IMG/VR virus record: IMGVR_UViG_3300017746_003174 | Location: 1-44,376 of that record | Source: a virus | Taxonomy: Duplodnaviria; Caudoviricetes | Length of the DNA stretch: 44,376 nucleotides | Reading direction: 5' to 3' (one strand) | Shown here: positions 36,265 through 44,090 of the stretch, one piece after another | How the letters are laid out: every line of letters starts with the position of its first letter | Numbering within the stretch: the stretch's first letter is position 1 | Translations under genes and position numbers: made by a program | The notes under the pieces: generated by a model | The model's input: only the letters and a program-made list of their open reading frames with translations | What the model was told of the DNA's origin: nothing | Databases searched by the model: none

Positions 36265-36439
36265 ACAGCGCATTGACTCTTGTATGGAAGCTGCATCACG
36301 ATGCGAAGAAGGAACATGGGCTCACACCTTTTGGACTAAAAATCAGTTTATATTACTAAGAAAACTAAAAAATTATCTTGGTAATCACAAATCTGCCCTT
36401 AGCTCAGCTGGATTAGAGCAACAGCCTTCTAAGCTGTAG
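36221..36439 (+). CDS. hypothetical protein, C-terminus overlaps tRNA-Arg
   Basis: ORF fills the gap; start uncertain. Confidence 0.4.
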   Translation: MQFSTNSIKEVQLFEQRIDSCMEAASRCEEGTWAHTFWTKNQFILLRKLKNYLGNHKSALSSAGLEQQPSKL

Positions 36440-36470
36440 GTCGTAGGTTCGAATCCTACAGGGCAGGCCA
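36393..36470 (+). tRNA. tRNA-Arg(UCU)
   Basis: Cloverleaf with CTGCCCT/AGGGCAG acceptor, ACAGC-CTTCTAA-GCTGT anticodon arm, TTCGAAT T-loop and encoded CCA. Confidence 0.95.
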
Positions 36471-36602
36471 AATTGTAAAGTCCTGAGTATGACTAACTCG
36501 CGGCGTACAAAGTTAGGAGCAATATGGAAAATGTTTTCCAGCAAACACGCTTACTATACGACGTCATGTGAAGAAGAGAAAACTGCTCAATTTATTCTAT
36601 AT

Positions 36603-36676
36603 CACTAGGTGGCAGAATGGTTATGCAGAGGATTGCAAATCCTTGTATGCCGGTTCGATTCCGGCCCTAGTGTCCA
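36603..36676 (+). tRNA. tRNA-Cys(GCA)
   Basis: CACTAGG/CCTAGTG acceptor, GAGGA-TTGCAAA-TCCTT anticodon arm, TTCGATT T-loop, U73 discriminator and CCA. Confidence 0.95.
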
Positions 36677-36693
36677 TTAGCTAGGAGTACACT

Positions 36694-36849
36694 ATGGATG
36701 AATTAGAAAAAAACACCAAACGCGGTGATCGTATACTTAAATCTGCAAAGATTAGAAAGAGGCGTTCTAAAGTAAAAGATGTTATTTTTGAAACCACATC
36801 AAGGAAATATGCTAAGCTAAGAAAGGCTCGTAAAAATAAGAATATATAA
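36694..36849 (+). CDS. small basic protein (51 aa)
   Basis: AGGAG RBS; K/R-rich. Confidence 0.6.
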   Translation: MDELEKNTKRGDRILKSAKIRKRRSKVKDVIFETTSRKYAKLRKARKNKNI

Positions 36850-36869
36850 TCTAAACAATAGGAGATTAG

Positions 36870-36965
36870 ATGCCTTGGCCAGCTAAGAACCGTCCAAGAC
36901 CCGGTAGACGTAAAAAGGGTTCTCGTAAACGTAAGAATATGAGAAAGAACAGGAAGAATAAATGA
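36870..36965 (+). CDS. very basic peptide (31 aa)
   Basis: AGGAG RBS; MPWPAKNRPRPGRRKKGSRKRKNMRKNRKNK*. Confidence 0.6.
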   Translation: MPWPAKNRPRPGRRKKGSRKRKNMRKNRKNK

Positions 36966-37078
36966 TTACATTTATTGAATATTGGATATGGAGGATACGT
37001 AAAGAGATTGACTATTTCTTTGCTAAACGTAAACACAAAAAGATTGACCCGTTTATTTATGAGGATGATGACAAGTGA
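36962..37078 (+). CDS. small hypothetical protein (38 aa)
   Basis: ATGA and GTGA overlaps; ends DPFIYEDDDK. Confidence 0.55.
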   Translation: MITFIEYWIWRIRKEIDYFFAKRKHKKIDPFIYEDDDK

Positions 37079-37821
37079 CTATATACGTGTTTGGAGATAG
37101 TTTTGCTGAACAGAGCTCACATGCTTTCTACAAACTTGAAGACCGGTTTACTACATGGATGGAAATACTCCAAATAGAGCTAAAAACTGATGTCGTAGGT
37201 AATGCAAAATCTGGTGTATCACAAGAGTATATCTTTAAGCAGTTTAATGACATGTCATCAAAATTTACTGAAGGCGACTATTGTGTCTATGTGCATACAG
37301 AACCAAGTCGTAGATGGGTGTTAGAAGACAGACCTGAACTTGGCAATTTGTACATGCACTACAAAGGCGCTAAGATTAGAAAAGATGAATTAGAGGCTAT
37401 TGAGTTATATAAGAAATACCTATGGAATCATTCTCAGAATTTAGCCATATCACAGGCTATCACACAAGCAGTTAATTACATGGCAATGGCTACAGGATGT
37501 AGAACCATTCAAATACCAACCTTTCCAAATGGCTCTGATCTTATACATAATCCTTTTGTAAAAGTTACAGGCGATTTAATGTCTGTAGAAGAGAAAGAAT
37601 TTGATAGTATGGGAACTAGAGGTGATTGTTATGGTGGCAAGGTCGATAAGAGACACAACCATCTTTCACCAGTAAACCATCAAGTTTTTGGCAAAAAATT
37701 ATATAATAGTTTATATTATGGTAATGAATTGAATTTGACTAAAGGATTTGCAGAAAGCCTGTACACATCAAAAGAAGAATATGATGGTGTGAATGACAGG
37801 TTTGATTTACAGGATAGGTGA
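37075..37821 (+). CDS. SGNH/GDSL hydrolase-like protein
   Basis: VFGDSF and a C-terminal D.RHNHLS. Confidence 0.7.
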   Translation: MTIYVFGDSFAEQSSHAFYKLEDRFTTWMEILQIELKTDVVGNAKSGVSQEYIFKQFNDMSSKFTEGDYCVYVHTEPSRRWVLEDRPELGNLYMHYKGAKIRKDELEAIELYKKYLWNHSQNLAISQAITQAVNYMAMATGCRTIQIPTFPNGSDLIHNPFVKVTGDLMSVEEKEFDSMGTRGDCYGGKVDKRHNHLSPVNHQVFGKKLYNSLYYGNELNLTKGFAESLYTSKEEYDGVNDRFDLQDR

Positions 37822-37888
37822 ACCCGAAGCGCCTGACAATGAGTCGAAGTTTTCGGATTGCACCCAGCACTTATACACTGGCTCTGCT

Positions 37889-38665
37889 TTATAATGGATG
37901 GGCGTCTAGGGCAATTCTATGAAGAACCCTGGCGTCCATTTTTTTAAATTCATGTCTTTTATGTAGAGTAAGAAACTGTTCAGACATAACTATGTCACCA
38001 TCTTCCCAGTGATGGTCATATCTAAACCCTGCATATTGACAGTGCTCTTTCAAGTACTTAAATGTAGAGTTTGTGATATTGCCACCAAACGTTTGGAGGA
38101 ATGGAAAGTATAGTCCTGTTCTACCAGCTCTATTTGTATGAATGAGATCAAATGGATCATCTTCGTTATGATGCTCATGAAACCAATTGCTTGGTGTATA
38201 TCCACCCACCTTATATCCTAGTGTGATGTATTTGTCTTGTAATGTTTCTTTCCATTGAGGACTCAGTGCGTCATAGGCTAAAGCATTATCAATCCAGCTT
38301 GTGACTGATCCTTTACTACCTTTAATTGCTCTAAGATATACAATTGGCATTCTGTTAGGATTAGATGCTTGATTACAGTGCCAGTCTAACGCATCAGTAT
38401 GTCCAAATAGACCCGGCTCACCTTCATCATTTAATTCACCAGTTACACGAAGAATACCAGGGACTTCTCCTACAATATGCTTGGCTCTGTCAGCAGTGAT
38501 CTCATGAATAGGACCAATACGTTTACAGAAATCTACTTCATCTTGTGGAGTGGGGTTGTCAATAGGCTTGATTATGACAATAAGCTTTTCGAATATGGCC
38601 TGTTTAATAGACATTATATCAAAGTCACTGAGACTCTTTAATTTTATTCCCTTTAGAACTTTCAT
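37889..38665 (-). CDS. TauD/TfdA-family dioxygenase
   Basis: LDWHCN, TSWIDN..AYDAL, HHWEDGD and LHKR...RVLHRI. Confidence 0.85.
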   Translation of the reverse strand: MKVLKGIKLKSLSDFDIMSIKQAIFEKLIVIIKPIDNPTPQDEVDFCKRIGPIHEITADRAKHIVGEVPGILRVTGELNDEGEPGLFGHTDALDWHCNQASNPNRMPIVYLRAIKGSKGSVTSWIDNALAYDALSPQWKETLQDKYITLGYKVGGYTPSNWFHEHHNEDDPFDLIHTNRAGRTGLYFPFLQTFGGNITNSTFKYLKEHCQYAGFRYDHHWEDGDIVMSEQFLTLHKRHEFKKMDARVLHRIALDAHPL

Positions 38666-38858
38666 TAAATCTAATCTTTTCTCGCATTTCAAGTTGTGCT
38701 CTAAATGTATCTATAATCTCTGGATCATCACCCGATAGAGATATAGCAGTTTTTATAGCAACGTAACCATCACCTTTGAATTTTAAATATCCATGATGAT
38801 ATAGTTTCCCTTTACCTTCTCTAAGGCTAAGTACTATACCATCTTTGAATTTGTGCAT
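38625..38858 (-). CDS. hypothetical protein
   Basis: Fills the gap in the minus-strand operon. Confidence 0.55.
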   Translation of the reverse strand: MHKFKDGIVLSLREGKGKLYHHGYLKFKGDGYVAIKTAISLSGDDPEIIDTFRAQLEMREKIRFNESSKGNKIKESQ

Positions 38859-38861
38859 ATG

Positions 38862-39332
38862 TTATGACCCAAAGTATATAGCTGCTCCAATCGTAACAGA
38901 ACCAATAAGAATAGCCATAATAACTATAAAGGTTTGTTTCATTGTTTCTGCTAACTCTGCAGCTCTTTTTCGCTGTTCTTTCTTCATTTCAATTACAGCT
39001 TCTTTTTCTTCTTGTATACGCTTAGCTCTTTCGTCTATGATAGACTTCCATGTGCCATGACCAAAACGTAGGTCAATTATATTCCTCATCTCATTCATAG
39101 TCTCTTCAGCCAACTTGGCATCAATCATTTCCTGAGCAATACCTTTAGTGTAAGTCAATGAACTCACACCGGCTTTAGCGTTACGCTTCTTTATTATTTC
39201 CTGTTGGCCTGTGAATAGATTGTCGACATAGCCTGCAATAGAGCCTATATCGTTAGCTGTGTCTATTGAGGATTTAATCATTTCTGCTGCCTTTTTAACG
39301 ACAGCAATGCCGGCCATTGTTTCTGCGAACAT
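38862..39332 (-). CDS. coiled-coil protein with C-terminal TM helix
   Basis: 156-aa ORF below the late promoter at 39395. Confidence 0.75.
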   Translation of the reverse strand: MFAETMAGIAVVKKAAEMIKSSIDTANDIGSIAGYVDNLFTGQQEIIKKRNAKAGVSSLTYTKGIAQEMIDAKLAEETMNEMRNIIDLRFGHGTWKSIIDERAKRIQEEKEAVIEMKKEQRKRAAELAETMKQTFIVIMAILIGSVTIGAAIYFGS

Positions 39333-39394
39333 CTCGGTAACCTTCTGTTAATGGTTACAAAAATCACAGTCGATAATTCTCTATATCATACTTC

Positions 39395-39402
39395 TATTTA
39401 TA
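39395..39402 (-). promoter_or_regulatory. late promoter TATAAATA
   Basis: TATTTATA on the + strand. Confidence 0.65.
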
Positions 39403-39405
39403 CGA

Positions 39406-39492
39406 CTATTGGATTTTGTCGTACTCTATAAGAACATAAATTACAAGACCCAATAAAAGTACAATGACTAGCATAGTCAACCAGAAGAACAT
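39406..39492 (-). CDS. single-TM peptide (28 aa)
   Basis: TGATG overlap with the upstream gene; MFFWLTMLVIVLLLGLVIYVLIEYDKIQ*. Confidence 0.5.
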   Translation of the reverse strand: MFFWLTMLVIVLLLGLVIYVLIEYDKIQ

Positions 39493-40037
39493 CATCTATT
39501 AGCTAAAGGATTATCTAAAGCCTTAGTTAGTCTATTATCAAGAGACTTTTCAATTGATTGTAGTTCTCTCTTAACATATCCTTCCATACCAGATATCTTG
39601 TCATTGAATCGGTTGTTAGCATCGTCAATCATTAACCGGCCTTCTTTCTTAGTCCGATCCATAAGAAGTTGTGCTTCATCTTCAACCTTATCAATGTCAT
39701 TCTCTACCTTGTCTAGTATTTTTTCCATACGAACCAAGTCACCACGTAAGTCGTGCTTTGTATCACGCATGAAATCAACCTGCTCACCAATTGCATCTTT
39801 GATAATGCCTACCTCTTCTCTAGTCATGACCATTTCTTCCTTAATGAGTGCAAGGTTCTTGTCAAACTCTGATAGGTCAGGTGCTACATAGTTTTGGATC
39901 TGTTCTTTCATATCCATATAATCTTTATAGAATTCAAAGCCTCCCCATAATCCACCACCGAGTGTACCGATGAGTGGCAATACCAATAGGAGCTTACTGC
40001 CACCTAGCTTGATTCCACCGTATTCTATTTCTGCCAT
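39492..40037 (-). CDS. membrane-anchored coiled-coil protein
   Basis: N-terminal TM (GGGLWGGFEFYK), long coiled coil, ends ALDNPL; AAGGAG RBS. Confidence 0.8.
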   Translation of the reverse strand: MAEIEYGGIKLGGSKLLLVLPLIGTLGGGLWGGFEFYKDYMDMKEQIQNYVAPDLSEFDKNLALIKEEMVMTREEVGIIKDAIGEQVDFMRDTKHDLRGDLVRMEKILDKVENDIDKVEDEAQLLMDRTKKEGRLMIDDANNRFNDKISGMEGYVKRELQSIEKSLDNRLTKALDNPLANR

Positions 40038-40038
40038 T

Positions 40039-41751
40039 TTAGTTACTCCTTAGTTTTGGATATTGTAGGTCTTCCATTGCACCGAATTTTGGATCATTAA
40101 GGAACCATCTTGCATATGCATGGTCGACTGTTGGTTTTTCTGGGTAGAAAGACTTTTGTGGTAAGTCCTTCTTGTTATAATCGAAACCTGGGACAAATGA
40201 TATAAGAGCCAAGAGTGACCGTTGTGTAACCATTTGTTGTTCGAGTGTAACAGCATTTTCTATCTTTTTAGTTAGTTCATTAGCCTTTTTAGCTAATAAC
40301 AAACGTATCTTATCATTCTTATTAAGAGTCTTCTTTTTAGATTTTGATTCAGCTTTAAGTTCAGCAATCTCTTTTTCTATATCGTCTTCCTGTTTACTCT
40401 CACCTGTGCCAACATTACCATCAGCTTCACCGGGTGTAGTCTCATTTTCTAAAGCTGCTAGTTCTGCCTCAATGTCATCTTCTTGTGCAGTTTCTCCTTC
40501 GTTGGCCTCTGCCTCGATCTGTTTTATTTCTTTCTCAATATCGTCCTCCATTGCCATTGCAGCTCCTGCTTGTAGAGTTTCTTCGGCCTCTACCTCTTCG
40601 TCTTGCACTTCAGGCACGTAAACATCTGTGGTCGGAACGTCTTGTACAATAGGTTGGGTTTGAGTAAAATCAAGTGCAGCAACACCGACTTGAGTATCTG
40701 TTGATGTGGCTTCTTCTACTGGGTCAGTAGTGCCTAAGTCCACAAGATCTGGATCAAGGTAGTTAGGGCATAGTTTATCGTATTGTCCGTCTAACTCACA
40801 TTGCTGATCAAAAAATGCTTGCTGATATCCAGTACATTGTACATCATATAGAGGATCATAGTAACACCTATCTGCAAGATATGCAGCAGCATAACCCGGA
40901 CATGCTGCATCATACAAAGGATTAGCCGCACATTGAGTACTCAAATTAGCAGCCTTATATCCAGGGCAAGTAGGATCATAAAGGGGATTTTGTGTACATT
41001 GTTGATTGAACAACGCAGTAACGTAGCCAGGGCAAGTAGCGTCATATAAAGGATTATTATAACAAAGGTTTGCAGAGTAGTTTACATAGAGACCAGATTC
41101 ATTTGCTCTAAACTCAGGACCCCAATAACCTGCTTGTCCGGCAATATCCTTTCCAGTAACGAGTACTTCTACATTGCCAAAGAACGAGGGGTCAAGAAAG
41201 TTTGTACCGAATGTCTCTGTGCCTGTATCATATGTCCAGCCTGAAAAGTTCTGGCCATAGTCATATTTGTAAGTCTTGAATATGTTACCATTAGAGTCAT
41301 AGACATTGACAACAACTTCAAATGGATCTACTGCACCGCCACCTGTCTGACCAGAATACGTATTTGCATTACCATTCTTATACACCCATTCATAGTCGAA
41401 TCCATCAACTTGTATGCCAGCAGCAGCGAGTGCTGTATTGAGTGCGATTGTATTTGCAAGAGTTTGTTGTGTGCCACTCCAATAGTAAGTGTCACCATTG
41501 CCAGTGTTTTGTCCTTTGTGTATATCGCCTTGATCAGTCTGTCCTGCCCAACAGTCTACATAATGAGTACAAGCACTAAAAGTACCTGTCCACCCATTTC
41601 CCATTACGAGTATATTGCTTGATTGTCCAGATGTAGGACCTGTTGATACCTGTGCTTTAGAGGAGGAGGAGAAGCAGAAGACCGAGGCTAATACCGCCAG
41701 CAGCAATAGCACCTTGTTTCTTTTGAACATCAGCTTTTGTCTCCATTTCAT
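40039..41751 (-). CDS. large exported protein with Cys-rich tandem repeats and acidic region
   Basis: Signal peptide, beta-rich N-domain, five C..xPLYD..CxGY-like repeats and EDDIE repeats. Confidence 0.8.
   Translation of the reverse strand: MKWRQKLMFKRNKVLLLLAVLASVFCFSSSSKAQVSTGPTSGQSSNILVMGNGWTGTFSACTHYVDCWAGQTDQGDIHKGQNTGNGDTYYWSGTQQTLANTIALNTALAAAGIQVDGFDYEWVYKNGNANTYSGQTGGGAVDPFEVVVNVYDSNGNIFKTYKYDYGQNFSGWTYDTGTETFGTNFLDPSFFGNVEVLVTGKDIAGQAGYWGPEFRANESGLYVNYSANLCYNNPLYDATCPGYVTALFNQQCTQNPLYDPTCPGYKAANLSTQCAANPLYDAACPGYAAAYLADRCYYDPLYDVQCTGYQQAFFDQQCELDGQYDKLCPNYLDPDLVDLGTTDPVEEATSTDTQVGVAALDFTQTQPIVQDVPTTDVYVPEVQDEEVEAEETLQAGAAMAMEDDIEKEIKQIEAEANEGETAQEDDIEAELAALENETTPGEADGNVGTGESKQEDDIEKEIAELKAESKSKKKTLNKNDKIRLLLAKKANELTKKIENAVTLEQQMVTQRSLLALISFVPGFDYNKKDLPQKSFYPEKPTVDHAYARWFLNDPKFGAMEDLQYPKLRSN
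40759..41064 (-). repeat. five tandem 22-aa (66-nt) Cys-rich coding repeats
   Basis: CYNNPLYDATCPGY / CTQNPLYDPTCPGY / CAANPLYDAACPGY / CYYDPLYDVQCTGY / CELDGQYDKLCPNY. Confidence 0.85.
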
Positions 41752-42202
41752 CTACAGGTGGAATTCTACCAGGGTCAGCTTTCCACTTACGGGTTGCTAC
41801 ATCACCAATTTCACCTAGATATGGACAAGGAGTACCAGCCATTTCCATTGCATCATAAACTCTTCTATCTTGACAGAGTACAGAAACTGCTGCCACTTTC
41901 ATACCCATATCATAGAGAGTCTTGCTTATTTTTAATCTTTCACAATTAGGATCTCGTACAGTTTCACCACTGGAGATGCCAAGAATTTGGGTCTGAACAG
42001 CTCCTGCTACACCGACCGTACAGAGGTCAGATGATGAAGAGTTAACAGACGGTGTGATAGCAGAAGGTGGAGGACTAATAACAATAGTCTTCGCATTTGA
42101 ATCTACATCACTTGTTGATTTTGTTGTTGTATCCACCACGGTCTGTGCATGTGCCACACTTGCAAAGACTATCATACTTAAGATTAATATAATTCTACTC
42201 AT
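41657..42202 (-). CDS. exported Cys-containing protein with C-terminal hydrophobic anchor
   Basis: Signal peptide (AHA), SPPPSAI, DPNCERLK, GMKVAAVSVLCQ and AGTPCP. Confidence 0.8.
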   Translation of the reverse strand: MSRIILILSMIVFASVAHAQTVVDTTTKSTSDVDSNAKTIVISPPPSAITPSVNSSSSDLCTVGVAGAVQTQILGISSGETVRDPNCERLKISKTLYDMGMKVAAVSVLCQDRRVYDAMEMAGTPCPYLGEIGDVATRKWKADPGRIPPVDEMETKADVQKKQGAIAAGGISLGLLLLLLL

Positions 42203-42229
42203 GAGAATACCTTTTCGTTGGTTCGATAA

Positions 42230-42237
42230 TATTTATA
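42230..42237 (-). promoter_or_regulatory. late promoter TATAAATA
   Basis: Upstream of ORF 42202; a second copy lies at 42333-42340. Confidence 0.65.
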
Positions 42238-42251
42238 ACCAAAACGTCCCA

Positions 42252-42308
42252 TGTCAAAATATTGACACTAACCTTTATTTGACACGGCTCGCTGTCAATA
42301 TTTTGACA
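42252..42308. repeat. pair of TGTCA-N6-TGACA boxes forming a perfect 16-bp inverted repeat
   Basis: TGTCAAAATATTGACA (42252-42267) and TGTCAATATTTTGACA (42293-42308). Confidence 0.75.
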
Positions 42309-42359
42309 CAGTATGTGATGAAATATCAGTACTATTTATAATAAAAATGAAATTAACTG

Positions 42360-42388
42360 TTTACATTACCTGAAAAGTATGGTATAAT
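42360..42388 (+). promoter_or_regulatory. early promoter
   Basis: TTTACA-17nt-TATAAT. Confidence 0.85.
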
Positions 42389-42417
42389 AGTACTATAAAA
42401 TGGAAAAGGATAAGAAA

Positions 42418-42603
42418 ATGATAAAAGCCGAACATATGATGTCTTCGATGACTATGGAAAAACTAACTGCATATCAGCAAGAATACACAACATTGCTGGA
42501 CCAGCGCAATAACTCATATACGCACAGCGATCGTATTGCTCTTCTTGAAATCATCTTTACAAAGATTGACACAGGCAGGATTCTCATCGAGGAGTCAGCC
42601 TAA
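42418..42603 (+). CDS. hypothetical early protein
   Basis: ATG after AAGGA. Confidence 0.6.
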   Translation: MIKAEHMMSSMTMEKLTAYQQEYTTLLDQRNNSYTHSDRIALLEIIFTKIDTGRILIEESA

Positions 42604-42962
42604 TGACTATGCATCTTGTACGTGGTATGTCTACTATAAATAGTAAAAAGAGGAAAGTAAATCGCACACCCGGTTGGCAAAAAGCTCAAGAAAAGCACGA
42701 AGCATGGTTACGCTCGCGTGGTGTACATCCTGATCAACTCAAAAACAAAAAGAAAGAAGTCGTTCATGCCAAATCGATCACCCCTCCGAAGAACAATCGC
42801 TCAATCAAGACGTCGGACGTCATCTGCGCCCCCTGTCCTAAAAAGCAGCCAAACGTTTACTCCGGAGACTATATCGTCGGTATCGCAACCATGCACAAAT
42901 CAAATCTCGTTCCAGTGGGGAAAGGACAAGACCCCGAAGAACTAGCAAAAATGAGGAGGTAA
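42603..42962 (+). CDS. conserved basic phage hypothetical protein
   Basis: GAGGAG RBS; GIATMHKSNLVPV. Confidence 0.75.
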   Translation: MTMHLVRGMSTINSKKRKVNRTPGWQKAQEKHEAWLRSRGVHPDQLKNKKKEVVHAKSITPPKNNRSIKTSDVICAPCPKKQPNVYSGDYIVGIATMHKSNLVPVGKGQDPEELAKMRR

Positions 42963-42965
42963 ATT

Positions 42966-43409
42966 ATGGACATTTTTACTGCTTCTGTTGTTTGTTTGGC
43001 TATGAATATCTACTTTGAAGCACGATCTGAGCCTATTGCAGGACAGATTGGTGTAAGTCAAGTTGTGATGAATAGAGTAGCGGATCATCGTTATCCGAAT
43101 ACTCCGTGTGAAGTTATACACCAAGGACCGACAAAACCTTCATGGAAAGATCCAAAAGTATCGTATCCTGTAAGGCATAAATGTCAATTTTCTTGGTATT
43201 GTGATGGTAAAGCAGACAAAATAACAGATAAAAAGGCTTTTACCGAAGCTTTACGTATTGCTTATGGTGTGGCTACTAAACGTCTTGATGATCAAGTCAA
43301 TGGCGCGACACACTATCATGCTTATTATGTGAAACCAGAATGGGCATCTACAAAGACACCGACCGCTATACTAGGTAGTCATCTCTTTTATAGATGGGAA
43401 AAACAATGA
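42966..43409 (+). CDS. SleB-like cell wall hydrolase (Hydrolase_2)
   Basis: CLAMNIYFEARSE, VVMNRV, CQFSWYCDG, GATHYHA and HLFY. Confidence 0.92.
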   Translation: MDIFTASVVCLAMNIYFEARSEPIAGQIGVSQVVMNRVADHRYPNTPCEVIHQGPTKPSWKDPKVSYPVRHKCQFSWYCDGKADKITDKKAFTEALRIAYGVATKRLDDQVNGATHYHAYYVKPEWASTKTPTAILGSHLFYRWEKQ

Positions 43410-43516
43410 CATTCTTTTTATATTTCGTATTGTTTACCTATTCGTTTATCCTTATACTCCTTTATATGTGGAATAGAGAGGATAGTAACCTTGAGAGAGA
43501 AAGAAAAATCAAATGA
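43406..43516 (+). CDS. single-TM peptide (36 aa)
   Basis: ATGA overlaps on both sides; hydrophobic N-terminal half. Confidence 0.5.
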   Translation: MTFFLYFVLFTYSFILILLYMWNREDSNLERERKIK

Positions 43517-43947
43517 AATATTTACTTACATTACCCTTATTTGTACTGCTTGCGTGTCAGCCAGTACATGCAGGTTCGAATAGTGCAAAAATACACAGCA
43601 TCACAGATGTCGAAAAAACGAGAGTATACCGCACACGGTCGTTCAAGGAAGTGTGTACTGAGAACCGAGACACCAAAGACCATACGGCGAACACACTCAA
43701 AGGAGCTGGATTAGGCGCTATCCTTGGTAACAACCTCATAGAGGGAGACAATAATGCTCTGTTCGGCGCTGTGGTGGGAGCCATGTTAGGTCACTCGCAG
43801 TCATCTAAGAACTCTCCAAAGGGGTTCCAGTGTACGGATGTACTCGTCCCTATAGACAAAGAAGAGCGCGTGTATAGCCATTCTATACTCGATATCACTA
43901 TAGACGGAGTGAGACAGCAGATCAAGTTCCATAAGAGCAACCGGTAG
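43513..43947 (+). CDS. glycine-zipper 2TM exported protein
   Basis: Signal peptide; GAGLGAILG...GAVVGAMLG. Confidence 0.75.
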   Translation: MKYLLTLPLFVLLACQPVHAGSNSAKIHSITDVEKTRVYRTRSFKEVCTENRDTKDHTANTLKGAGLGAILGNNLIEGDNNALFGAVVGAMLGHSQSSKNSPKGFQCTDVLVPIDKEERVYSHSILDITIDGVRQQIKFHKSNR

Positions 43948-44025
43948 ATTGTGACATTTATATCACAACGGTAAATTAAATTGCTAAGCCATTGTTTTTA
44001 TTGGATTTTTCTGCTCACTTTTTTA

Positions 44026-44054
44026 TGTACAATACCTGAAAAACATGGTATAAT
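44026..44054 (+). promoter_or_regulatory. early promoter
   Basis: TGTACA-17nt-TATAAT. Confidence 0.85.
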
Positions 44055-44090
44055 CTTATTATAAAATGATTAAAGGAAAGGAATATCATT

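Noticed and set aside
37833-37850. Hammerhead ribozyme (CTGACAATGA...GAAG)
   Set aside because: It does not match the CUGANGA/GAAA core, and the three stems cannot be formed.
388-43784. Numerous short antisense or alternate-frame ORFs from the ORF track (e.g. 388-663, 3545-3970, 10218-10586, 16111-16770, 39598-39891, 42054-42341)
   Set aside because: They lie mostly within or opposite well-supported genes, lack RBSs and recognisable motifs, and are best explained as shadows of codon bias.
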